Assembly: GCA_964016885.1 (NCBI GenBank)
Contig: OZ024748.1
Location: 30,876,001-30,940,000 of the forward strand
Origin: Eledone cirrhosa
Taxonomy: Eukaryota
Length of the DNA: 64,000 bases
Reading direction: 5' to 3'
The notes below the pieces were generated by a model. The model worked only from the letters and a program-made list of their open reading frames with translations. It was not told the origin of the DNA and did no database searches. The translations under genes and the position numbers were made by a program. Position 1 is the first letter of the stretch, and each line of letters opens with the position of its first letter. Shown one piece after another: positions 1 through 8,892 of the stretch.

Positions 1-365
1 CAAGTAAAAAACGGGGCACGGAAATAAAAACGGACCCCATAAAAAAACGGGGCACCAAAATAAAAAACGGGGCACCCAAATAAAAAAACGGGGCACCCAA
101 ATAAAAAACGGGGCACCCAAATCAATAACTGACACGCCCATAAAAAATGGGGCACCCAAATAAAGAAACGGGGCACCCAAATAAAAAAAGCGCCCCCCAC
201 ATAAAAAAACGGGGCACCCAAATAAAAATACGGGTCACCCAAATAAAAAGGAGGCACCCAAATAAAAAACGGGGCACCCCCCAAAAAAACGTACACCCCC
301 TTAAAAAAACGGGGCATACAAATAAAAAACGGGGCACCCAAATAAAAAAACGGGGCACCCAAATC
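1..365. repeat. Minisatellite, ~20-22 bp unit AAATAAAAAACGGGGCACCC (about 17 degenerate copies; truncated by the window start)
   Basis: Repeated aaataaaaaa(a)cggggcaccc with variable A-run length, read directly. Confidence 0.95.
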
Positions 366-677
366 AAAAATTATAATATAATATAATATAATATTATATT
401 ATATTAAAAACAAATAACGAAACGAAATTAAATTTCGCTTCGTTTGTAACTCACTTTTGTATGACTGACGCTTAAACAATTAAGTTAAAAATGTACATCT
501 ACATATGCATACTGAAATACTAGTGTGTATATGAATACACACACGTATACATATGTAGGTGTACCAAGTCTTTCACTGGTCGCTTTACAGTGAGCGGCCC
601 AGCTATTCTGTATGTAAACACACAGACAAACCGGTTTTTAGAGTCATACTGGTTTTTCGGGGGAACACCTTCCCCCT

Positions 678-773
678 ATTCTCCAGAAAGCCAGACAAGG
701 AATATTGAACTAGTTTCGTTGTTGTTACAACTCATCAGCAATATTTACCTATCTACCGGCCTTTCTGGAGAAT
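678..773 (-). ncRNA. Type I hammerhead ribozyme, intact core, minimal palindromic stem III
   Basis: The - strand of 701-745 reads AAUAUUG-CUGAUGA-GUUG-UAACAA-CAAC-GAAA-C-UA-G-U-U-CAAUAUU: 7-bp stem I, CUGAUGA box, 4-bp stem II with a 6-nt loop, GAAA box, C-G closed stem III, NUH = GUU, predicted cut between 708 and 707. Stem I extends through bulges to a 13-bp AUUCUCCAGAAAG/CUUUCUGGAGAAU helix. Confidence 0.88.
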
Positions 774-979
774 TGTAAAAGCACATATCGTTATATGCTT
801 TTTCTACGTGTGTGTATTCATATACACACTAGTATTTCAGTATGCATATGTAGATGTACATTTTTAACTTAATTGTTTAAGCGTCAGTCATACAAAAGTG
901 AGTTACAAACGAAGCGAAATTTAATTTCGTTTCGTTATTTGTTTTTATCGTCTCCGCTGAACCGGTGCGTACTCACACT

Positions 980-1016
980 CTATGCAAATTAGTCTGCCCA
1001 CTACTAATTTTCATAG
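980..1016 (+). promoter_or_regulatory. Octamer motif ATGCAAAT (982-989) inside a 14-bp imperfect hairpin
   Basis: ctatgcaaattagt (980-993) pairs with actaattttcatag (1003-1016) with one mismatch. Function is unproven. Confidence 0.3.
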
Positions 1017-1046
1017 AAAAAGCATATAACGATATGTGCTTTTACA

Positions 1047-1142
1047 ATTCTCCAGAAAGGCCGGTAGATAGGTAAATATTGCTGATGAGTTGTAACAACA
1101 ACGAAACTACTTCAATATTCCTTGTCTGGCTTTCTGGAGAAT
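1047..1142 (+). ncRNA. Type I hammerhead ribozyme, second copy with a stem III G>C change (possibly impaired)
   Basis: 1075-1119: aatattg ctgatga gttg taacaa caac gaaa ctac tt caatatt. Identical to the other copy except C at 1110 where the other has G. Confidence 0.8.
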
Positions 1143-1372
1143 AGGGGGAAGGTGTTCCCCCGAAAAACCAGTATGACTCTAAAAACCGGTTTGTCTGTGT
1201 GTTACATACAGAATAGCTGGGCCGCTCACTGTAAAGCGACCAGTGAAAGACTTGGTACACCTACATATGTATACGTGTGTGTATTCATATACACACTAGT
1301 ATTTCAGTATGCATATGTAGATGTACATTTTTAACTTAATTATTATATTATATTATATTATATAATAATATA

Positions 1373-1561
1373 GGCGGTGGATTGGCAGTATTGGTAGAGT
1401 GTCGGATGCCATGCTTTGGCGCATAGAGTTACGGCCCTTGCCATTCTGAGTTCAAATCCCACCGAGGTTAACTTTGCCTTTCATCCTTACGGGGTCGTTA
1501 AAATAAAGTACCAGTAATACACTGGATATTTGCTGGCCTTGTGCCTAACGTAGAAACAATT
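1373..1561 (+). mobile_element. tRNA-derived SINE with Nin-like core, resembling Octopus SINE families
   Basis: GGCGG start, A-box-like TGGCAGTATTGG (1383-1394), B box GTTCAAATC (1450-1458), core aactttgcctttcatccttacggggtcgttaaaataaagtaccag, 3' ggccttgtgcc...tagaaa and an AT-microsatellite tail. Family recognised from memory, not from a search. Confidence 0.85.
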
Positions 1562-2018
1562 ATATTATATTATAATATATAATATAATATTATATTATAT
1601 TATAATATAATATTATAATATAATATTATAATATATTATAATATAATATTATATAATATTATATAATATTATATAATATTATAATATAATATTCAAATCC
1701 CGCCGAGGTTAACTTTGCCTTTCATCCTTACGGGGTCGATAAAATAAAGTACCAGTAATGCACTGAGTAATTGGTGGCCTTGTGCCAAAAGTAGAAACAA
1801 TTATATTATAATATAATATAATATTAATATAATATAATATAATATTATATTATATTATATTATATTATAACATAATATAATATTAATATAATATTAATAT
1901 AAGATAATATAATATTATATTATATTATATTATATTACATTATATTATATTATATTATGTTATGTTATGTTATGTTATGTTATGTTATATTATATTATAA
2001 TATAATATAATATAATAT
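1562..2018. repeat. AT-rich microsatellites (TATAA/TTATA/ATAATATTAT/TTATG)n between and after the SINE copies
   Basis: Directly visible; includes a (ttatg)n patch at ~1955-1987. Confidence 0.9.
1692..1802 (+). mobile_element. 5'-truncated second copy of the same SINE
   Basis: Begins in the B box (ttcaaatcccgccgagg) and matches 1451-1561 with scattered substitutions. Confidence 0.85.
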
Positions 2019-2019
2019 G

Positions 2020-2756
2020 AATCTAAGTCTTGTGGTTTGGGTTTAAGTCTAAGTCTAAGGCTTAGGGTTTGGGTTTAAATCTATGTCCTAGGGTTGGGGT
2101 TGGGGTTTAAGTCTAACTCTAAGGCTTGGTGTTGGTTTTAAGTCTACGGCTTGTGGTTATGGTTTAATTCTAAGGCTTGGAGTTGGCGTTTAAGTCTAAT
2201 GCTAGTGGGTGGGGTTCAAGTCTAAGGCTTGGGGTTGGGTTTTAAGTCTAAGTCTAAGGCTTATGGTTGGGGATTAAGTCTAAGACTAAGGTTAGAGTTT
2301 AAGTCTAAGGCTTGGGGTTTGGGTTTAAGTTTAAGGCTTGTGGTTACGGTTTAAGTCTAAGGCTTGGTGTTGGGTTTAAGTCTACGGCTTGTGGTCATGG
2401 TTTAATTCTAAGGCTTGGAGTTGGGGTTTAGTCTAAGTGTAATGCTACTGGGTGGGCTTCAAGTCTAAGTCTAAGGCTTGGGGTTGAGTTTTAAGTCTAA
2501 GTCTAAGGCTTATGGTTGGGGTTTAAGTCTAAGTCTAAGGTTAGTGTTTACGGTTGGGGTTTAAGTCTAAGTCTAAGGCTTGGGGTTGGGGTTAGGCTTT
2601 AAGTCTAAGGCTTGGAATTGGGGTTTAAGTTTAAGTCTAAGGCTAGGAGTTGGGGTTCAAGTCTAAGTCTAATGCTTCGTGTTGGGATTTAAGTCTATGT
2701 CTATGGCTATGGTTTTGGGTTTAAGTCTAAGTCTATGGCTTGGGGTTACGGTTTTT
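2020..2756 (+). repeat. Telomere-like 32/26-bp satellite, G-rich strand on + (TTTAAGTCTAAGTCTAAGGCTTGGGGTTGGGG)
   Basis: Reverse complement of the family filling 10611-64000, including the same diagnostic variant monomers. Confidence 0.93.
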
Positions 2757-5740
2757 TGGGTTAGGGTCAGAGTTAGGGTTAGTGTTAGTGTTAGGGTTAG
2801 GTTTAGGTTTAGGGTTAGGGTCAGGGTTGGGCTTAAAGCTGGGGTTAGAGTTAGGTTTAGGGTTAGGGTTAGGGTTAGGGTTGGGGTTAGGGTTAGGGTT
2901 AGGGTTGGGGTTAGGATTAGGGTTTGGGTTAGTGTTAGGGTGAGGGTTTGGGTTAGGGTTAGAGTTAGGGATAGTGTTATTGTTAGGGTTAGGTTTAAGG
3001 TTAGGGTCAGGTTTTGGGTTAGGGTTAGGGTTGGGGTTGGGGTTGGAGTTGGGGTTAGTGTTGGGGTTGGAGTTAGGGTTAGTGTTTCGGTCAATTTTAG
3101 GCTTGGGGTTTGGGTTAGGGTTAGGGTTAGGGTTAGGATTTGGGTTAGTCTTAGGGTTGGGGTTAGTGATAGGGTTAGGGTTAGGGTTTCGGTTTGTGTT
3201 AGGGTTAGGGTAAGGTTTTAGGATTTGGGTTAGTGTTAGGGTTGGGGTTAGTGATAGTGTTAGGGTTAGGGTTAGGTTTTGGGTTAGGGTTAGGGTTAGG
3301 GTTAGTGTTTTGGTTTGGGTTAGGGTTAGGGCTAGGGTTTTGGTTTGGGTTAGGGTTAGGGTTAGGTTTAGGATTAGGATTTGGTTTGGGGTTAGGGTTA
3401 GGGTTAGGGTTAGGATTTGAGTTAGTGTTATGGTTGGGGTTAGTGATAGGGTTAGTGTTAGGGTTTGGGTTAGTGTTAGGGTTTGGGTTTGTGTTTGGGT
3501 TAGGGTTATGTTTAGGGTTAATGTTTATGTTAGTGTTAGGTTAAGGATTAGGGTTACGGTTAGGGTTAGGTGTAGGTTTAGTATTCGTGTTTGAGTAAGG
3601 GTTAAGTTAGGGTTTGGGTTTGGGTTAGGGGTAGGTTTAGGGTTAGGGTTTGGGTTAGAATTAGGGGTAGGCTTACGGTTACGGTTAGGGTTAGGGTTAG
3701 GGTTGGGGTTAGGGTTAGGGTTAGGGTTAGGGGTAGGGTTACGGTTACGGTTAGGGTTAGGGTTAGGGTTGGGGTTAGGGTTAGGTTTGGGGTTCCAGTT
3801 AAGATTTGGGTTAGTGTTAGTGTTAGGGTTAAAGTTAGGATTAGGGTTAGGGTTAGGTTTGGGGTTGGGGTTGGGGTTGGGGTTGGGTTGGAGTTGGGGT
3901 TAGTGTTGGGGTTGGAGTTAGGGTTAGTGTTACGGTTAGTGTTAGGTTTGGGGTTTGGATTAAGGGTAGGGTTAGGGTTAGGATTTGGGTTAGTGTTAGG
4001 ATAGGGGTTAGGGTTTGGGTTTGTGTTAGGGTTAGGGTTTGGGTTAGGGTTAGCGTTAGGGTTAGGGTTAGGGTTAGGGTTAGGGTAAGGGTTTTGGTTT
4101 GGGTTAGGGTTAGGGTTAGGTTTAGGATTAGGATTTGGTTTGGGGTTAGTGTTAGGGTTAGGGTTAGTGATAGAGTTAAGGTTAGGGTTAGGGTTTGGGT
4201 TAGTGTTAGGGTTGGGGTTAGTGATAGAGTTAAGGCTAGGGTTAGGGTTTTGGTTAGTGTTAGGGTTTGGGTTTGTGTTTGGGTTAGGGTTATGTTTAGG
4301 GTTAATGTTTATGTTAAGGAGTAGGGTTAGGGTTAGGGTTAGGTGTAGGTTTAGTGTTCGTGTTTGAGTGAGGGTTAAGTTAAGGTTTGGGTTTGGGTTA
4401 GGGGTAGGTTTAGGGTTAGGGTTTGGGTTAGGGTTAGGCGTAGGCTTAGGGTTGGTGTGAGGGGTAGGGTTAGGTTTGGGGTTCCGGTTAAGATTTGGGT
4501 TAGTGTTAGTGTTAGGGTTAAAGTTAGGATTAGGGTTAGGGTAAGGTTTGGGGTTGGGGTTGGGGTTGGGGTTGGGGTTGGGGTTGGGTTGGAGTTGGGG
4601 TTAGTGTTGGGGTTGGAGTTAGGGTTAGTGTTACGGTCAGTGTTAGGTTTGGGGTTTGGATTAGGGGTAGGGTTAGGGTTAGGATTTGGGTTAGTGTTAG
4701 GGTAGGGGTTAGGGTTTGGGTTTGTGTTAGGGTTTGGGTTTGGGTTAGGTTTAGGGTTAGGGTTAGGGTTAGCGTTAGGGTTAGGGTTAGGTTTAGGGTT
4801 GGGGTTAAAGCTGGGGTTAGAGTTAGGTTTAGGGTTTGGGTTTGTGTTAGGGTTAGGGTTGGGGTTAGGGTTAGGGTTAGGGTTGGGGTTAGGGTTAGAG
4901 TTAGCGTTAGGTTTGGGGTTAGGGTTAGGTTTGGGGTTAGGGTTAGGTTTGTGTTAGGGTTAGGGTTAGGTTTTGGGTTAAGGTTAGGGTTAAGTTTTGG
5001 GTTAGCGTTAGCGTTAGAGTTAGAGTTAGGGTTTGGGTTAGGGTTTGAGTTAGGTTTAGAGTTACGGTTAGGGTTAGGGTTTGGGTTAGGGTCAGGGTTA
5101 GGGTTAGTGTTAGGTTTAGGGTTAGGGTTTGGATTAGGGTTTGGATTAGGGTTAGGGTAAGGGTTAGGGTAAGGGTTTTGGTTTTGGTTAAGGTTAGGGT
5201 TAGGTTTAGGATTAGGGTCTGGTTTTGGGTTAGGGTTAGGGTTAGGGTTAGGGTTTGGGTTTGGTTTAGTTTTAGGGTTAGGGATAAGGTTTGGGTTTGG
5301 GTTAGGGTTAAGATTAGGGTTTGGGTTAGGGTTAGAGTTAGGGTTAGGGTTAGGTTAGGATTTGGGTTAGTGTTAGGGTTGGGGTTAGTGATAGGTTTAA
5401 GGTTAGGGTTAGGGTTTGGGTTAGTGTTCGGGTTTAGGTTTTGGTTTGGGTTTGGTTATGTTTAGGGTTAATGTTATGTTTAGGATTAGGGTTAGGTTTA
5501 GGGTTTGTGTTAAGGTTTGGGTTTGTGTTTGGGTTAGGCTTAAGTTAGGGTTTGGGTGTGGGTTAGAGTTAGGGTTAGGGTTAGGGTTTGGGTTAGGATT
5601 AGCGTTAGGGTTAGGGTTGGTGTTGAGGTTAGGGTTAGGTTTAGGGTTAAAGTTGGCGTTAGGGTTAGGGTTAGGGATAGGATTTCGGTTTGGGTTAGTA
5701 TTAGGGTTTGAGTATGGGCTTGGGTTAGTGATAGGGTTAA
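2757..5740 (+). repeat. Degenerate interstitial telomeric array (TTAGGG)n with TTGGGG, TTTGGG, TTAGTG, TTAGGT and other variants
   Basis: About 3 kb in 6-bp phase dominated by TTAGGG; perfect runs are short; non-telomeric sequence lies on both sides. Confidence 0.95.
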
Positions 5741-5963
5741 ATTAAATTAAATAAAATTAATTTAAATTAATTAATTATTTTATTTTATTTTAATTTATTT
5801 TAATTAATTAATTAATTAATTAATTAATAACATTTAATTTAATTGATTAATCAATTAAATTAATTAATTAAAATAAAATAAAATAAAATAAAATAAAATT
5901 ATTAATTAATAAAATAAAATAAAATAAAATAAAATAAAATAAAATTAAATAAAATAAATTTAA

Positions 5964-6002
<39 letters not shown>

Positions 6003-6032
6003 ATTTAATTTAATTTAATTTAATTAATTTAA

Positions 6033-6500
6033 TACCCGGAAATAACCGGAAATACACAGAAACACCGGAAATAGCCCACTGCGCACTGCGCATGCGAAAA
6101 GGTTGGACAGCACTGCGCATGCGCTAAGGTTGGACCGTAGTGCGCAGGCGCGAAGGTGTGACCGTAGTACGCATGCGCGAAGGTCGGACCGCCCAACGCA
6201 TGGGCGAAGGATGGACAGCACTGCGCATGCGCTAAGGCTGGGCTATAGTACGCATGCGCGAAAGTCGGACCGTAGTGCGCATGCGCTAAGGTTGGACCGT
6301 ACTGCGCATGCGCAGGGCGGTCCACCCTTCGCGCACTCGAGGTAGGTCCAACCTTCGCGCATGCGCATTACGGTCCATCCTCGAAACCAGTTTCGTTTCG
6401 TTTGAATTTGTAGGTTCCCCGGTTTCGTCTCGTTTCGGTGTTTCAGGTTCCCCGGTTTCGTTTCGTTTGGTTTTTTAGATACACCGGTTTCGTTTCGTTT
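6033..6500. repeat. Module M1: (CCGGAAATA)-like head, 27-bp TGCGCATGCGC repeats with internal inversion, ~31-bp GGTTTCGTTTCG tail repeats
   Basis: ggttggac recurs at 6101 and 6128 (27 bp); orientation flips at actgcgcatgcgcag 6301-6315. Confidence 0.85.
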
Positions 6501-6931
6501 TTTAAATTAAATTAAATTAAATTAAATTAAATTAAATTAAAATGAATTAAAATAATTAATTAATTAATTAATTAATTAATAATATAAAATAAAATAAAAT
6601 AAAATAAATAAACTGAAATGAAATGAAATAAATTTAATTAATTAATTAAATAATTAATTAAGTAATTAATTAATTAATTATTTAATTTAATTTAATATAT
6701 TTTATTATATTTTAATTTATTTTAATTAATTTAATTAATTAATTAATTAATTTAAATTTAATTTAATTAATTAATTAATTGAATTAATTAATTAAATTAA
6801 ATTTAAATTAATTAATTAATTTATTAAATTATTTAAAACAAAATATAATAAATAAAATAAAATAAATAAAATAAAATAATTAATTTATTAATAAAATAAA
6901 ATAAAATAAAATAAAATAAAATAAAATAAAT

Positions 6932-7835
6932 TTAAATTAAATTAAATTAAATTAAATTAAATTAAATTAAATTAAATTAAATTAAATTAAATTAAATTAA
7001 ATTAAATTAAATTAAATTAAATTAAATTAAATTAAATTAAATTAAATTAAATTAAATTAAATTAAATTAAATTAAATTAAATTAAATTAAATTAAATTAA
7101 ATTAAATTAAATTAAATTAAATTAAATTAAATTAAATTAAATTAAATTAAATTAAATTAAATTAAATTAAATTAAATTAAATTAAATTAAATTAAATTAA
7201 ATTAAATTAAATTAAATTAAATTAAATTAAATTAAATTAAATTAAATTAAATTAAATTAAATTAAATTAAATTAAATTAAATTAAATTAAATTAAATTAA
7301 ATTAAATTAAATTAAATTAAATTAAATTAAATTAAATTAAATTAAATTAAATTAAATTAAATTAAATTAAATTAAATTAAATTAAATTAAATTAAATTAA
7401 ATTAAATTAAATTAAATTAAATTAAATTAAATTAAATTAAATTAAATTAAATTAAATTAAATTAAATTAAATTAAATTAAATTAAATTAAATTAAATTAA
7501 ATTAAATTAAATTAAATTAAATTAAATTAAATTAAATTAAATTAAATTAAATTAAATTAAATTAAATTAAATTAAATTAAATTAAATTAAATTAAATTAA
7601 ATTAAATTAAATTAAATTAAATTAAATTAAATTAAATTAAATTAAATTAAATTAAATTAAATTAAATTAAATTAAATTAAATTAAATTAAATTAAATTAA
7701 ATTAAATTAAATTAAATTAAATTAAATTAAATTAAATTAAATTAAATTAAATTAAATTAAATTAAATTAAATTAAATTAAATTAAATTAAATTAAATTAA
7801 ATTAAATTAAATTAAATTAAATTAAATTAAATTAA
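6932..7835. repeat. Perfect (TTAAA)n pentanucleotide tract, ~900 bp (~180 units)
   Basis: Uninterrupted attaa repeats across 15 sequence lines. Confidence 0.97.
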
Positions 7836-8214
7836 TAAATAAATTAATTATTTTATTTAATTTAATTCATTTTTTTATTTTTATTTTAATTTATTTTAAT
7901 TAATTTAATTAATTAATTAAATTAATTAATTAAATTAATTAATTAAATTAATTAATTAATTAAAATTAAAATAATATAAAATAAAATAAAATAAAATAAA
8001 GTAAAATAAAATAAATTTAATTAATTAATTAATTAATTAATCAATTATTTAAATTTTTTTATTTTATTTTTTTTTATTAATAAATAAATAAATTAATTAT
8101 TTTAATTCATTTTAATTTAATTTTATTTAATTTTATTTTATTTTATTTAATCAAATTTACTTTAATTTAATTTAATTTAATTTAATTTAATTTAATTTAA
8201 TTTAATTTAATTTA

Positions 8215-8601
8215 AAAAACGAAACGAAACCGGGGAACCTAAAAAACCCCAGGAAACGAAACCGGGGAATCTAAAGAACCAAACGAAATGAAACCGGGGT
8301 ACCTAAAAAACCGAAAAGAGACGGAACCGGGGAACCTAAAAATCCAAACGAAACGAAACTGCTTTCCAGGTTGGAACGTAGTGCGCATGCGCGAAGGTTG
8401 TACAGCACTGCGCATGCGCAGTACGGTCCAACCTTAGCGCATGGGCACTACGGTCCAACCTTCGCGCATGCGCACTACGGTTCTATCTCGAAACCAGTTT
8501 CGTTTCGTTCGGTTTTTTAGGTTCACCGGTTTAGTCTCATTTCGGTCTTTTAGGTTTCCCGGTTTCGTTTGGTTTTTTAGGTACCCCGGTTTCGTTTCGT
8601 C
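8215..8601. repeat. Module P2: imperfect fold-back (tail-27mers-tail), MITE/foldback-like
   Basis: Left arm aaacgaaacgaaaccggggaacctaaaaaacc mirrors right arm ggttttttaggtaccccggtttcgtttcgt; pivot is the perfect 16-bp palindrome ACTGCGCATGCGCAGT at 8407-8422; flanks are (TTTAA)n and (TTAAA)n. Confidence 0.8.
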
Positions 8602-8643
8602 TTTTAAATTAAATTAAATTAAATTAAATTAAATAAAATTAAA

Positions 8644-8892
8644 TAACCGGATATACCCGGAAATAGCCCACTGCGCACTGCGCATGCGCCAAGGTTGGAC
8701 AGCACTACGCATACGCTAAGGTTGGACCATAGTGAGCATGTGCGAAGGTTGGACCGTAATGCGCATACGCTAAGGTTGGACCTACTGCGCATGGGCAGTG
8801 CTGTGCAAACTTGGCACATGCCCAGTGCCGTCCAACCTTCGTGCATGCGCCGTACGCTCCAACCTTCAAGCATGCGCACTACGGTCCAACGT
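8644..8892. repeat. Module M3: head plus 27-bp repeats, tail absent
   Basis: ccggaaatagcccactgcgcactgcgcatgcg start as in M1; flips near 8784-8799. Confidence 0.82.

Larger units (their letters stand above)
405..1341. mobile_element. Hammerhead-containing non-autonomous element (non-LTR retrozyme / Penelope-like pseudo-LTR type): inverted copy 405-806 plus a 1.15-mer of a 467-bp unit at 805-1341
   Basis: 405-547 is the reverse complement of 805-947; 478-806 is the reverse complement of 1014-1341 (I saw 1 substitution and 1 indel); 805-874 is directly repeated at 1272-1341 (period 467). Both copies contain a hammerhead core and the element is flanked by (TATAA/ATTAT)n microsatellite. The family label is inferred from architecture; no RT ORF is present. 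Confidence 0.72.

Noticed and set aside
122-386. ORFs 122-367 (-) and 147-386 (+)
   Set aside because: Translations of the 21-bp minisatellite, with 7-residue periodicity and no domain.
1134-1196. Possible second hammerhead: CUGGAGA-AUA-stem(gggggaa/ttccccc)-GAAA
   Set aside because: Core is CUGGAGA rather than CUGANGA, three extra bases precede stem II, there is no convincing stem I, and the CUGGAGA is used in the real ribozyme's extended helix.
590-1334. ORFs 590-778 (+), 1042-1260 (-) and 1122-1334 (+)
   Set aside because: The first two are the same antisense reading of the duplicated hammerhead unit and are frameshifted relative to each other upstream; short, with no RT or endonuclease motifs.
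1373-1465. tRNA gene
   Set aside because: Has A/B boxes but no clean cloverleaf, and it continues into a SINE core and tail.
2757-5740. Functional chromosome end
   Set aside because: The array is degenerate and followed by 58 kb of further sequence, so it is interstitial here unless misassembled.
2669-5745. Gly-Leu, Val-Arg and Leu-Thr dipeptide ORFs
   Set aside because: Automatic consequence of TTAGGG/CCCTAA reading frames; nothing in the sequence supports translation.
8215-8360. IRF/ISRE sites in GAAACGAAAC
   Set aside because: The 5-bp period does not match GAAANNGAAA spacing; better explained as a pentamer microsatellite.
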